A stretch of DNA of 64,000 nucleotides from an uncultured Bacteroidota bacterium (lineage in GTDB: Bacteria; Bacteroidota; Ignavibacteria; UBA10030; UBA6906). The position numbers and the translations under genes were made by a program. The stretch is taken from the NCBI GenBank assembly GCA_963700635.1, contig CAVOYH010000003.1:96001-160000 (forward strand), in the 5' to 3' direction. Each line of letters begins with the position of its first letter. Positions within the stretch are counted from its first letter, which is position 1. Positions 1 to 10,603 of the stretch are shown here, piece by piece. The notes beneath the pieces are model-generated. The model was not told the DNA's origin. It was given only the letters and a program-made list of their open reading frames with translations, and did no database searches.

Positions 1-798
1 CCCATCGCAAGAACTGCTGACGAGGTCAGGGGTATCGCTGAAGCGGTGAAGAAGAATGCCATAAAGATCACGACCGGCTATTGCTGGCGGTATCATCCGG
101 TCATTAAAGCCATGAAAGACTGCATCGATCAGGATCTTATCGGCAGCATCGTCTCCGTTGAAGCACGACTGGCCGCAGGCAAAGTGGACAGATACATCAA
201 GGGTAATGCACAATGGATGCTCGAAAAGGCTAAATCCGGCGGTGGTCCGATCTATAACCTGGGTGTCCACTGGATTGATTCACTCTGTTATGTGCTCACG
301 GACACTATTACACAGGTCTGTGCGGTGAATACCAGGACCTCCGATCTGTATGACATTGAAGACAGCACCGTGGCAATGCTCACGTTTGGAAAGGGCGCCG
401 TCGGAGTCCTGTCAACCAGCTACATCGTTCCGGATTGTTTTCCCAATGGCAGGGACCTCTACCTGGGAATCAAGGGGACCAAGGGTGTATTGAGTTATTC
501 TCCGAAGTATGAAGGAGAACAGGGATCCAGCAGTACAGGGCAGACGGATATTCTGGAACTCTACAGCGACAGTGAGAACGTATCCGGCGCATCCGCGCGA
601 AGGTTCATGTTTACTCTGGATAAGGTCAGCGGATATTCGGGCTATATGGGAAAAGCGTATCTTGACGGTTTTGTGGATGCTATTCTTGAAAACCGGGAAC
701 CTTTTATCACGATACGCCAGGCCATCGATGTGTTGAACGTTGTTGATGCAATCTACAAATCAGACCAATCCAGAAGTTGGGTAAAGGTGCGGACATGA
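1..798 (+). CDS. Gfo/Idh/MocA family oxidoreductase (5'-truncated by window edge)
   Basis: Frame 1 is open from base 1 (PIARTADEVRGIAEAVKKN...). Motifs GYCWRYHP, SGGGPIYNLGVHWID, EDS and the C-terminal 'VVDAIYKS' are typical of the family. Confidence 0.85.
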   Translation, partial: PIARTADEVRGIAEAVKKNAIKITTGYCWRYHPVIKAMKDCIDQDLIGSIVSVEARLAAGKVDRYIKGNAQWMLEKAKSGGGPIYNLGVHWIDSLCYVLTDTITQVCAVNTRTSDLYDIEDSTVAMLTFGKGAVGVLSTSYIVPDCFPNGRDLYLGIKGTKGVLSYSPKYEGEQGSSSTGQTDILELYSDSENVSGASARRFMFTLDKVSGYSGYMGKAYLDGFVDAILENREPFITIRQAIDVLNVVDAIYKSDQSRSWVKVRT

Positions 799-2111
799 AT
801 GCGATAAAAAGAGAAACAGAGATTCCGGGCCCCAAGAGCAAAGAGCTTATCAAGGAATGGCATACCTACGAAGCAGATGTGGTCGGCTATCAGGCTCAGG
901 TTGTCTGGCAATCCGCAAAGGGCTGTGTGGTTACCGACGTCGATGGCAACAGCTATCTTGACTGGACATCCGGAGTACTGGTGACCAATGTCGGCCATTG
1001 CCACCCTCATCTTGTCAGTGCAGTGAACAAGGCCTCACAGGCGTTGTTAAACAACTATGAATGTGCCAACACCTGGCGGGTTGAGGCGGCCAGAAAGCTT
1101 GTGAAAGCGTTGCCAGGGCATCTGGACAAGTGCTTCTTCCTGAGCACCGGCGCAGAAGCAATTGAGGGCTCGTTACGGTTGATGAAGAGGAAAACCGGAA
1201 AATTTGAAATACTCAGTTTTGAGGGGGGATTTCATGGCAGAACACCCGGAGCAGCCACCGTGGGCGGCATGGCAGCCCCAAAACGTCAGTACGGGCCCAC
1301 CATACCGGGGAGTATCCGTGCTATCTACCCGAATCCGTACAGGGATGAACTCGGGTTGTGTGACAATCGCTCAGGATTCAAAAAATATTTTACCTATCTC
1401 GAGCAGGTGATATCTGCAAATTCGACGGGTTCTCTGGCGGGAGTTATCGTGGAGCCATACCAGGGGGCTGCCGGGTTTGTCTTTCCGCCAGAAGGCTGGT
1501 TGAAGAGGCTGTTTGAATGGACCAGAGCGAACGGCCTGCTGTTCACCCTCGATGAAGTCCAGTCATCGTACGGCAGAACGGGGACAATGTGGGCAATGGA
1601 CCATGACCGGATCCAGCCCGATATTGTCGCACTCGGTAAAGGTATTGGAAGCGGTGTCACTGTCGCTGCGATCGCGTCCACCACGGACATTTTTTCGTGC
1701 CTTAAGAAGGGGGAAATGAGCAGTACTTACGGAGGTAATCCGGTCGCAAATGCTGCGGTGATAGCGGTCCTTGAAATCTTTGAAAAAGAGAATCTTGTAG
1801 AACATGCAGCGCGCACGGGTGAATACATCAAAAAGGGCCTTACAGAGATTGCCGGTAAGTGCGCATACGTCGGTGACGTCCGGGGCCGCGGACTGGTTAT
1901 GGGAATTGAGTTCGTGAAGGATAAACGCACAAAAGATCCCGCGCCTGAACTTATTCGACCCGTGATTGACAGATGTGCGGAACGCGGCCTTCTCGTGGGT
2001 TCGGTCGGCACCTACGGTAATGTCATACGCGTCGCTCCCCCTCTGGTGATCACCAGAGAGCAGGCCGATGAGAGTCTGGCTGTTCTAGAACATGTACTCC
2101 TGAGTCTGTAG
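795..2111 (+). CDS. Class III PLP-dependent aminotransferase (GabT/ArgD-like)
   Basis: DVDGNSYLD, GHCHP, STGAEAIE, FHGRT, DEVQSSYGRTG, PDIVALGKG (PLP lysine), STYGGNP. ATG at 795 overlaps the upstream TGA (ATGA). Confidence 0.9.
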   Translation: MNAIKRETEIPGPKSKELIKEWHTYEADVVGYQAQVVWQSAKGCVVTDVDGNSYLDWTSGVLVTNVGHCHPHLVSAVNKASQALLNNYECANTWRVEAARKLVKALPGHLDKCFFLSTGAEAIEGSLRLMKRKTGKFEILSFEGGFHGRTPGAATVGGMAAPKRQYGPTIPGSIRAIYPNPYRDELGLCDNRSGFKKYFTYLEQVISANSTGSLAGVIVEPYQGAAGFVFPPEGWLKRLFEWTRANGLLFTLDEVQSSYGRTGTMWAMDHDRIQPDIVALGKGIGSGVTVAAIASTTDIFSCLKKGEMSSTYGGNPVANAAVIAVLEIFEKENLVEHAARTGEYIKKGLTEIAGKCAYVGDVRGRGLVMGIEFVKDKRTKDPAPELIRPVIDRCAERGLLVGSVGTYGNVIRVAPPLVITREQADESLAVLEHVLLSL

Positions 2112-2195
2112 TTGCTGCTCTACACATGATGTCTCCTCACCCACTGCGACACACAACAGTGGTATGTACCTCAACGGAAAAACCGGGACACACGT

Positions 2196-3263
2196 ATGGG
2201 AACAGATATAGGTTTTGGGATTGTTGGTGCGGGGCTCATCGCTCCATTTCACTTGCGTGCCATTCACGATGCCCGGGGCGGCAGGGCCATCGGGGTTTTT
2301 GATGTCTCCGGGGAACGGGCGGCGCAGATTGCGGAGAAGTTTGCCATCAAGACGTTCTCTTCACTCCGGGAGATGCTCGAAGAAAAGGCCGTGAACGTTG
2401 TCTGTGTGGCCACGCCGAATCACCTTCACGGGGATATTGTTCTTCGGGCTGCACAAGCGGGCAAACATGTGCTCACCGAAAAACCGCCTGCCATGAGTTT
2501 GAAAGAAACGGATACGATGATTGATGTTTGCAGGAAGGCCAATGTCAAATTCGGGTGTTTTGTCCAGTGCAGAGTCAGGGAAGCGATACAGGTTATGAAG
2601 TCTGCTGTTGATTCCGGCAGATTTGGAAAGCTCCTTCACGCGGATGCGTATATGAAGTGGTACAGGCCGCAGGAGTATTATACATCCGATGGATGGCGTG
2701 GCCAGAAACAGAGCGGCAGCGGCGTTACCGTCGCCCAGGGCTTTCACTATATCGATCTGCTGCAGTATCTCGTGGGACCCGCACGGACGGTCGATGCCAG
2801 AATGACAAACATCGGCCATCCGGGGATCAACCTTGAAGACGACGTCATGGCGCACCTCCAGTACGCGTGCGGGGCAGAGGGAGTTGTGCAATTGTCAACA
2901 GCCCTCTGGCCGGGAACGGATATCAGGATCGAACTCCACGGAACCAATGGCACTGCCGTTATGGCCGGGGAAAAGATTCAGACCTGGCAATTCCGGGACG
3001 AAGAACCCGAAGACGGGCAGAGACGGAGAATCGGTGATGTATCACAGGCCACAGGCGCAGGAGGGGCCGCGGACTTCGGCCATAGAGATCACACGGTTGT
3101 GGTGCAGGATATGATAGACTCGATACACGCGGACAGGGATGTTGTCATTCCGGTGCCATCCGTCAGACACACTCTGGAAATTGTTCTGGCAATGTACCAG
3201 TCCGCAAAGCACAAAACACCTGTCACGTTTCCGGTTGTCGATGATGATACCGTATGGAGCTGA
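2196..3263 (+). CDS. Gfo/Idh/MocA family oxidoreductase
   Basis: Rossmann GIVGAGLIA, ATPNHLH, GKHVLTEKP, HYIDLLQYL. Confidence 0.9.
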   Translation: MGTDIGFGIVGAGLIAPFHLRAIHDARGGRAIGVFDVSGERAAQIAEKFAIKTFSSLREMLEEKAVNVVCVATPNHLHGDIVLRAAQAGKHVLTEKPPAMSLKETDTMIDVCRKANVKFGCFVQCRVREAIQVMKSAVDSGRFGKLLHADAYMKWYRPQEYYTSDGWRGQKQSGSGVTVAQGFHYIDLLQYLVGPARTVDARMTNIGHPGINLEDDVMAHLQYACGAEGVVQLSTALWPGTDIRIELHGTNGTAVMAGEKIQTWQFRDEEPEDGQRRRIGDVSQATGAGGAADFGHRDHTVVVQDMIDSIHADRDVVIPVPSVRHTLEIVLAMYQSAKHKTPVTFPVVDDDTVWS

Positions 3264-4304
3264 TCAGAAAAGAAACATCCCCTTGAGTGCCTGCCGCGCC
3301 AGAAGCGCATCGAAGAGTGCCTGCCACTGATCAATCGACCCTTTGTGACTGATCAGTCGGTCGTGCGGAATCAGACCGGTGTTCAGGATGCGGATCGCCC
3401 GATCCCATGACTCATACCGTGTTGAAACATTAAACAGATAGCGCACGGACTTCATCATAAATGCATCATATGGGAATTCGACTCCCGGTTTCCCCGTCAG
3501 TCCGATTGCGGTGACCGTTCCCAGCTTCCTGATGATCTGTGCACCGGTCTGTAGTGCGGCGGGTGCGCCGGATGCCTCAATGAACAGATCGACTCCGCGT
3601 CCGGACGTCACGTCGCGCACGAGCGCAACAAGGTCGTCCTTCTGAACATTGACAACGTGGTCAATTGCGGAAAGGGAGCGGCAGAGGCTCAACCGTATTT
3701 CCTCATCATCATCTACACCGAAGATGATCACGGTGGATGCGCCCGCATGTTTTGCCACAAGCGCAGCCATGATGCCGATAGGACCGGGTCCGGCCACAGC
3801 CACAACATCGCCGGCCATGACTGTCTGGGGAAGCACAACGTCAGTGACGACATTGGCGAGAGGTTCCGTCAGGGCCGCTGCCGGAAAATCAAGTCCGTCG
3901 GGTAAGCGGTGAAGAAGCCCCGGTTCCGGCCATCGCATCTGCGATGCAAATGCACCGTCGATACCCCAGCCGGGGGATCGTTTCTGGGGACAGATCTGCC
4001 TGTTGCCTGTCCTGCACAGGGCACACACGCCACAGGCCATCGTGTGGGGCTCGCCCACAACTCGATCACCCACCGCCCAACCCTGTACAGCGCTGCCGAC
4101 CGCGGCAATCGTCCCGCTGAATTCATGTCCGAGTATCACAGGCGGGTAATACGGAAACTCGTCATGGTAGATGTGGAGATCGGTGCCACAGATCCCACAC
4201 GCCTTTACATCAATCAGAACTTCCGATTCGCCTGGTGACGGCGACGGAACATCCCTGACCTCGATGAACCCCTTCCCCTTCTTCGTCTTTACGAGCGCCC
4301 GCAT
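3264..4304 (-). CDS. Zinc-dependent (MDR) alcohol/polyol dehydrogenase
   Basis: ACGICGTDLH, GHEFSG, structural Zn site CGVCALCRTGNRQIC, GPGPIG. Confidence 0.9.
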   Translation of the reverse strand: MRALVKTKKGKGFIEVRDVPSPSPGESEVLIDVKACGICGTDLHIYHDEFPYYPPVILGHEFSGTIAAVGSAVQGWAVGDRVVGEPHTMACGVCALCRTGNRQICPQKRSPGWGIDGAFASQMRWPEPGLLHRLPDGLDFPAAALTEPLANVVTDVVLPQTVMAGDVVAVAGPGPIGIMAALVAKHAGASTVIIFGVDDDEEIRLSLCRSLSAIDHVVNVQKDDLVALVRDVTSGRGVDLFIEASGAPAALQTGAQIIRKLGTVTAIGLTGKPGVEFPYDAFMMKSVRYLFNVSTRYESWDRAIRILNTGLIPHDRLISHKGSIDQWQALFDALLARQALKGMFLF

Positions 4305-4314
4305 TGATCCTCCG

Positions 4315-5577
4315 CTATGTCGTTGAGAACCCGCACCACCGTTCCAGGAATCTCAACAAGGTTTTTGCTGTCTCTTTGATTTCCGCCACCGCGATCTGTT
4401 CTTCGTTCGAATGGGCATATTTGAGACTGCCGGCGCCCATGACCACCGTGGGGATGTTCAGGAGCGCATAACGCCACGCGTCACATGCCGCGGTCATTGC
4501 CGAGACCTCCATCGGCACACCTGTATCGCCTGCAGCAGCCATCAATTCCTGCACGAGGTGATGGTCCGGCGGAAGTTCGTTTCCTTCGTTGTTCAGCATG
4601 GTAAACTGAATCTCGAAGTGTTCACGAAGGTACGGATGGGGAGAATTCCGGATAGCATCGATCATCCCCTGCTGCACCGCTCCGACATTGGTATTCGGGA
4701 GGAAACCAAAGACCCCTTTTATCGAGGCAGTCCCCGGCGCGGTTGCGGGCCAGTCGCCCGCGTGCAGCATGCCGAACGTCACCGGCATCGGATTGTCGTA
4801 AACATCAAACAGCGGGTTGAACCCTCTGGATCCGGCAAGAAGCCTGTCGTGATACTCCTCAAGCACACTCATCGCTTTTACCGCCTCTTTCAGGGCGCTG
4901 ACTACATCGGATGCGCGTCCGCTATGCCCGGGCTTCCCGCGGCAAATCACTTCAAACCACACCGCGCCACGGACAGCCGCGAAAATCTTCCTCTCCGAAG
5001 CCTCAAGGACGATTGCTCCGTCGGCAGCAACCGGGTGGCGCACCATGAACAGCGTGCCGTTTCCGCCGTTTTCTTCTTCGACCACGATATCGGCGGTCAC
5101 TGTTCCCCGCGGCCGAAGGCGGAGTTTCTTCAACGCCGAGAGCAGAAGATGGATGACGGCGATCTGCCCCTTGTCGTCGCACGCCCCGCGCCCGTACACA
5201 ACTCCTTCACGCACGGTCGGCTGGAATGCGTTTTCCTGATTCCTCGAGGGAGGGACCACGTCGCTGTGGGCATTCAGGATCAGGCTGCGGGAATTGGCCG
5301 GCGAAGTCCCGGCCAGTGTAAGACGCAGATTCTGTGTATCCTCATACGTGAGGCCCGGCAGAGGCCAACTGTACATGGGGTCGTCTTTGAACGACTCGGG
5401 TATCTGCATGAGTTCAACGTTCGTGCAGAGTCCTTTCATTCGTTCCGCGACCAGCCTGTTCACCGGACCTTCGTTCCCGCGGATGGAAGGAATTCGTATC
5501 AGGTCGCAGAGAAAGTCGGTCGTTTCGCCGGCGAGTGCGTCAATTGTTTCGTTGAGGATCTGATTGTCGAGCGGCAT
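4315..5577 (-). CDS. M20/ArgE-DapE family deacylase
   Basis: LNAHSDVVP, YGRGACDDKG, VEEENGG, GKPGHSG, AHSNEE. Confidence 0.9.
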   Translation of the reverse strand: MPLDNQILNETIDALAGETTDFLCDLIRIPSIRGNEGPVNRLVAERMKGLCTNVELMQIPESFKDDPMYSWPLPGLTYEDTQNLRLTLAGTSPANSRSLILNAHSDVVPPSRNQENAFQPTVREGVVYGRGACDDKGQIAVIHLLLSALKKLRLRPRGTVTADIVVEEENGGNGTLFMVRHPVAADGAIVLEASERKIFAAVRGAVWFEVICRGKPGHSGRASDVVSALKEAVKAMSVLEEYHDRLLAGSRGFNPLFDVYDNPMPVTFGMLHAGDWPATAPGTASIKGVFGFLPNTNVGAVQQGMIDAIRNSPHPYLREHFEIQFTMLNNEGNELPPDHHLVQELMAAAGDTGVPMEVSAMTAACDAWRYALLNIPTVVMGAGSLKYAHSNEEQIAVAEIKETAKTLLRFLERWCGFSTT

Positions 5578-5581
5578 TCCA

Positions 5582-6574
5582 TCACCCCTTCGAGTCGACG
5601 TTGTTGATCGGGAATCTGGGAGGACGCCCCCCGAGGAAGCGCCGGATATCTTCCAGAATCTTTTCGCGGATACTCAGGCCTGAATCTTCGGAATACCAGC
5701 CCAGGTGTGGAGTGAGAATGAGGTTGGGAATGCCCCGCAAAACGAAACTATCTTCCGGTGGTTCCTTTTCAAACACGTCGATCCCGGCCCCTGCGATCCA
5801 GCCTTCTTTGCATGCCCGGGCGAGAGCTTCGGCATTCACAATGGCGCCCCGTGCGGTGTTCACAAGCACCGCCGTGGGTTTCATCATGCGGAGCTCCTTT
5901 TCACCGATCATATATTTTGTCTCGTGATTGAGAGCCGGATGGATCGTCACCATATCCGCTTCCCGGAGAACCTCCTCGAGAGGCTTGCACCGGATGCCGA
6001 GTTCCTCCTGCCTCCGTTCGCTCAGATAAGGGTCGTACACCATGACATCGATCCCGAAACCCCGGAGCATTCCGACCACGAGACTCCCGATCCGGCCGCA
6101 CCCCACGATGCCCGCTTTGGTTCCCGAGAACCGATGGATCGCGCCCACGCTGCTGAAATCCCACTGTCCCTTTCTGACCGAAACCTCAAGGGATTCCTGC
6201 TGTCGAGTGAACTTACGGCGACAGACCAGGAGGAGCATCATCGCCTGCTCGGCAACTTCTTCCCGGCAATAGTCGGGAACGTAGCAGACCTGGATGCCAT
6301 GTTCCGTGGCCGCGGGCACATCGATGTTATCATACCCAACGCCGTGACGGATAATAAGTTTGCAAGCGCGCAAATTCTGAATGACTTCGCGGTCTATCTT
6401 TACCATATTGACAACCAGAGCATCCGCATCGCCGATCCGGGCAAGCAGATTGTCGCGGGAGGCGGATTTAAGTTGCAGAGCTTCGAATGTGACGGCAGAA
6501 CCCGCGAGTTGTTCCCGTTCCCATTCCAGATCCGGCTCAATGTAGTCCGTGACGACGATTTTTGCTGTTTTCAT
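5582..6574 (-). CDS. D-2-hydroxyacid dehydrogenase (CtBP/SerA-like)
   Basis: RHGVGYDNID, GIVGCGRIG, VNTARG, GIDVFEKEP, LTPHLGWYS. Confidence 0.9.
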   Translation of the reverse strand: MKTAKIVVTDYIEPDLEWEREQLAGSAVTFEALQLKSASRDNLLARIGDADALVVNMVKIDREVIQNLRACKLIIRHGVGYDNIDVPAATEHGIQVCYVPDYCREEVAEQAMMLLLVCRRKFTRQQESLEVSVRKGQWDFSSVGAIHRFSGTKAGIVGCGRIGSLVVGMLRGFGIDVMVYDPYLSERRQEELGIRCKPLEEVLREADMVTIHPALNHETKYMIGEKELRMMKPTAVLVNTARGAIVNAEALARACKEGWIAGAGIDVFEKEPPEDSFVLRGIPNLILTPHLGWYSEDSGLSIREKILEDIRRFLGGRPPRFPINNVDSKG

Positions 6575-6678
6575 TACTATCCTATCGTTAGACGTGGTGC
6601 ACTTCGCGAGTACAAGATAATGAATTCAATCTGAAATCGGTACTTCTGAGCTCAGGTAATCCGCAGGTATGTTGAGTT

Positions 6679-6751
6679 ATCGGGTAGGAGGCGGGGTTAC
6701 CCCCGCCGTCCTCCCACACCACCGTACGTACGGTTCCGTATACGGCGGTTC
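6679..6751 (-). ncRNA. Group II intron catalytic domains V and VI
   Basis: GAACCGCCGTATACGGAACCGTACGTACGGTGGTGTGGGAGGACGGCGGGGGTAACCCCGCCTCCTACCCGAT on the minus strand. Confidence 0.92.
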
Positions 6752-8164
6752 ATATTGAGTACGTGGGGCGCAAGCACTCTTGAAGCAGTGACGGAAGACC
6801 CAGTCCGGCGAAGAAGGATTCAGGGAAGGCCTCGTTCATGTGCGAGGCCCCGGCGTTCCACCACGGGCCTCGTCCGTTCGTGGCAGAGCGCCACGCTCGG
6901 GTTTCAGCGAGGCCTCGTTGCATCAGTCGTCGTGACACGTGGGTAGACCCGTTTCCACTGCCGCCACAGCAGGCAGCGCAGCTTCCGCCGTATCCATCCG
7001 TCGAGTTCCTCGAACATGTTCCTTGCCTCCGCCAGCTTGAAGTAGGCGACCCAGCCCCGAAGCAGCGGCTTGAGTTCCTCTGATGACCTGCCCAACGCTC
7101 TGTCCTCGCCCCCGGCGGAAGACTTCCCGGAGCTTCTCCTTGAGCCTTTCTCGTGAACTCGCGGCCACGTCAGCCTCGGCTTCCGATGGACGGTCATGGA
7201 GTAGCCCAGGAACTTCCGTTTCCAGGACGGCCGACCGCGCTCTTCGCTTCGTTCACCCTTAAGCGGAGATGCTTTCGTCAAGGAACCGTTCAGCGATGCC
7301 ATGCACACGCTCTCCGGCTCTCCGCGACCGCACGTAGATGTTGCAGTCGTCGGCATACCGGCAGAACGCGTGACCGCGTCTCTCCAGTTCCTTGTCCAGA
7401 TCGTCCAGCAGGATGTTCGACAACAGCGGCGAGAGCGGACCACCTTGCGGCGTCCCCTCCGTGCGCACTGCCACTATCCCATCGGCCATGATCCCCGGCT
7501 TGCAGGTAGCGGCGGATCAGCCTCAGCACCCGCTTGTCCTTTACCTTCGCGGGCCACCCGGGCCATCAGCATGTCGTGGTTGACCCGGTCGAAGAACTTC
7601 TCCAAGATCGATGTCCACGACCCACCGCTTTCCCTTCTGCCACATGGCTGTCGTGCCTGTGGCACCGCCTGGTGCGCGCTTCTGCCCGGCGCGGAAGCCG
7701 TAGCTCGAGTCCGAGAAGTGTCGGGTCAAAGATCGGCTTCAGCACCTGATGCAGTGCCTGCTGGATCAGACGGTCCACAACCGTCGGGATGCCCAAGCAT
7801 CCTTGTGCCACCTCCGGGCTTGGGGATTTCCACCCTCCGTACCGGCTGTGGTCTGTAGCTCCCTTCCAGCAGCTCCTTCTTGATGCCTTCCCAGTGATCC
7901 TCGCAGGTACGGCTGCAGCTCCTCCACCGTCATCCCATCCGCTCCAGCCGCTCCCTTGTTCTGCATCCACGCGCGCATACGCCCGCGTCATGTTCTTCCG
8001 CGCGACCACTGCCTCCATGAGCGCCGTCTCCTCTGGGCTCGACGTCTCTTCCCTTGCCGTGACGTTTGACGCTCCAGCACTCCGCTCACCTCGCGGATTC
8101 CGTCCGCTATCTGCGCGAGTCGGCCTCGGACTTCTCAGTCATCTGTCTGCGTCTCCTGCGCCAT
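6750..8164 (-). pseudogene. ltrA: Group II intron reverse transcriptase/maturase, multiply frameshifted as assembled
   Basis: Consecutive fragments in different frames: NKGAAGADG, LGIPTVVDRLIQQA, FSDSSYGFR, VVDIDL/EKFFDRVNH, GTPQGGPLSPLLSNI, YADD, FLGY, LRGWVAYF, WRQWK. No endonuclease domain is seen. The start is approximate. Confidence 0.85.
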
Positions 8165-8472
8165 CGAAAGGGAAGGATCTTGCCTCTCCTGCTTCATGTT
8201 CGGGCCTTCAGCCACGGTCGCATGACCTACTATGCCCTCTGCTGACTTCTGCTCTCCTCTCCCATCGCCTTGCAACGACGGTAGCTCATGGCCAGAGCAG
8301 CAGATCTCCCCGGGTAATGCGCACCCACTTTCACGCTTATGCCTGTCACATCTACGCCCGTAGCTTCCGTGCAGGTATTGGACTTTGAAGATATTGGCCT
8401 TCTCATCCGCTACGGTCGCCTCGTATGTGCTTCCTGTTCGTCAGGCCAGCGTTTTGCCTGCGGCTTCCTTCA

Positions 8473-8528
<56 letters not shown>

Positions 8529-8577
8529 GTCATAGGAGACTTTCACTCCTTAGTGAGTGCGCCCTGCCGGGCGCACC

Positions 8578-8612
8578 AAAAAAAATGGTCCGGCAATACA
8601 TGCCGAACCATT
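8578..8612 (-). terminator. Rho-independent terminator of the CBS gene; insertion target of the IIC intron
   Basis: Minus strand AATGGTTCGGCA-TGTAT-TGCCGGACCATT followed by a T run, then G and the intron GTGCG. Confidence 0.88.
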
Positions 8613-8673
8613 CGAGATCCGTATGTGGCGTCCTGTCTCATACGGCCTTTCGATTGTGTATTGACGGGGCTCC

Positions 8674-9108
8674 TTACGAGGACCCTCGAATATACGACTC
8701 GAGGTATTTTATCAACTGTTTCTGTTCAGAAATCACAGCCTTTACCACATCGCCTATGGAAATCACACCGACAAGTCTTTTTCCATCCACCACGGGCAGG
8801 TGCCGAACACGCTTATCCGTCATGAGGGTCATACATTCGCCTATTGACTGGCCCGGACTCACCGTTACGATTTCAGATGTCATAACTTTCCCGACAGGGG
8901 TGTTGCGGGACGATTGTCCGTGCAGCACCACTTTTCGGGCATAGTCACGTTCCGAAAAAATACCGAGGACATCTTCGCCGACCATCACCACGAGCGCTCC
9001 GATGTTCGATTTCGCCATCAACGCAAGCGCATCAAACACAGCGGCATCGGGTCCGATGGACAAGATGGCATGCCCCTTTACCTGCAAGATGTTTTCGACA
9101 GTTGTCAT
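8674..9108 (-). CDS. CBS domain-containing protein
   Basis: Tandem CBS motifs ([14 protein letters not shown]...[12 protein letters not shown]). SD GGAGGAG upstream. Confidence 0.92.
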   Translation of the reverse strand: MTTVENILQVKGHAILSIGPDAAVFDALALMAKSNIGALVVMVGEDVLGIFSERDYARKVVLHGQSSRNTPVGKVMTSEIVTVSPGQSIGECMTLMTDKRVRHLPVVDGKRLVGVISIGDVVKAVISEQKQLIKYLESYIRGSS

Positions 9109-9308
9109 ATGCTCTCTCCTCCGTACGCACTCCTACCCTGAACAATCATGAACGGTAGTCATGCGCCTTGAGCCAGCAGCCGGGCTGAAACCTGAATAGT
9201 CGTCAGGTTTGTCCCTCAAAAGTCTGCCGGCGGTTCAAAACCGGTGAGTTCCTGTGCCTGAAGGTCTCCTCAATACGGCACGCTCCCGACGATGAACTCA
9301 CTCTAAGG

Positions 9309-10241
9309 CTACTTCAACAACAAAAGTCTTCGGGTCTGAACGAAGGTCTGACCCGAGCCACCCAACTCTGAACTTGAGCCCGATCCAATCGCGGGGTTTA
9401 CCGATGAAGCAACCGCTTGCAGCCGGTAGAAGTACATTCCGGACGGCAATGATGTTGCATTAAATTTCACCTGATATGATCCGGGGGGTTCCTGCTCATT
9501 CACGAGCGTGGCCACTTCCTGGCCGAGCGGGTTGTAGATGGAGAGCCGGACGAACGCAGCCTCTGGCAAGTCATACCGGATAGATGTTTCCGGGTTGAAC
9601 GGGTTGGGGTAGTTCTGCTCCAGGGCGAAGCTCGTCGGCCTGATCGGCCCGTCACCCACCGCGGTTGCAGTCCCCTCAAACGCGAGATCGTCGATGACAA
9701 AAGCTGTCCCGACGTGCAGCGTGTCGTTCAGACCGGGCTCAATGATGGCCCAGAACCAGGCCGTATCGGGGCTCTGAGGACTGTAGTAGTCCAGCGGCAG
9801 GCTGAATTTCGTGTATGGCGTCACACTCGTCGCTGTCCCGAATTCACCTGATGCCACCGGGACGAGGAGCGATGCTTTAAACAGTTCCACAAACATGACC
9901 AGCGAGTCCTTTGACGCCGACGTGAATTTGTAGTACCCCGTGAGTGCACCCGGACGCTGCGTGTACGGAAACAGTCCCCAGAGGTAGGGCGGGTACGTCC
10001 CGATTCCGAGAACGTCCACAACTTCTCCTCTCACGGCAAAGGAGCCTGTACGGGCATCGGTCGACTTGGTGATCCCGAGGGCTAGTCCGGGGAGATTCCC
10101 CGTGACCCAGCCGGTGGGAGTATCGAATGGAGGCGTGCCTGTCCAGCTCTCGAACCCCGGATTAGGGATCTGGGCGTTTGCGGATCCCCAGAAGAATGTT
10201 AGAACCAGAAAGAACAAAGTCGGACCAATGATTCGTTTCAT
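9309..10241 (-). CDS. T9SS type A sorting domain protein with N-terminal carbohydrate-binding-like domain
   Basis: SD GGAGGA before ATG 10241; signal peptide ending ANA/Q; QIPNPGFESW; CTD LEQNYPNPFNP...LPSGMYFYRL...RRLLLLK. Confidence 0.8.
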   Translation of the reverse strand: MKRIIGPTLFFLVLTFFWGSANAQIPNPGFESWTGTPPFDTPTGWVTGNLPGLALGITKSTDARTGSFAVRGEVVDVLGIGTYPPYLWGLFPYTQRPGALTGYYKFTSASKDSLVMFVELFKASLLVPVASGEFGTATSVTPYTKFSLPLDYYSPQSPDTAWFWAIIEPGLNDTLHVGTAFVIDDLAFEGTATAVGDGPIRPTSFALEQNYPNPFNPETSIRYDLPEAAFVRLSIYNPLGQEVATLVNEQEPPGSYQVKFNATSLPSGMYFYRLQAVASSVNPAIGSGSSSELGGSGQTFVQTRRLLLLK

Positions 10242-10350
10242 ACATCCTCCTGTGGTTAGAAAGAACAAAAATTTCCCCGGCCTGCGCTCCAGAACAAACG
10301 GATCCAGGCGGGGGTTCCCGTATCCCGGGCATATCGGAGTTGTTTGTCTG

Positions 10351-10379
10351 AATATAAGCACTACGGCGAAGGTTGTCAA
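10351..10379 (-). promoter_or_regulatory. sigma70-like promoter for gene 9309-10241
   Basis: TTGACA-N17-TATATT on the minus strand. Confidence 0.7.
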
Positions 10380-10603
10380 GGGAAAAAATCGCAGGTGGTC
10401 ACACCTCTTCTCCAGAATCTGGATCAGGATATCAGGCCACGCCGGGTCATACCTGCACAGATGCAGGATATTGGACAAGCCCGGTCCGTCTGTGGCGGGA
10501 CTGGTTCGAAAACCCCAGATATCTCGATGGGACTCTTCTGGCAGAAGATTTGCATCTCCTCGGATGTCATCCGTTGGATGAGAACTAAAACATGGAGACC
10601 CCT

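Noticed and set aside
4411-6634. Long plus-strand ORFs 4411-5607 and 5705-6634
   Set aside because: They are antisense shadows of well-supported minus-strand genes and carry no motifs.
6750-8164. RT as a retron, DGR or defence RT
   Set aside because: It is flanked by canonical group II intron 5' and DV/DVI ends, has a maturase domain and sits at a terminator target. No TR/VR pair or msr-msd was seen.
9110-9305. Riboswitch upstream of the CBS gene
   Set aside because: Hairpins exist (GTGAGTTC/GAACTCAC, AAACCTGA/TCAGGTTT), but I could not match a known aptamer consensus such as c-di-GMP-I.
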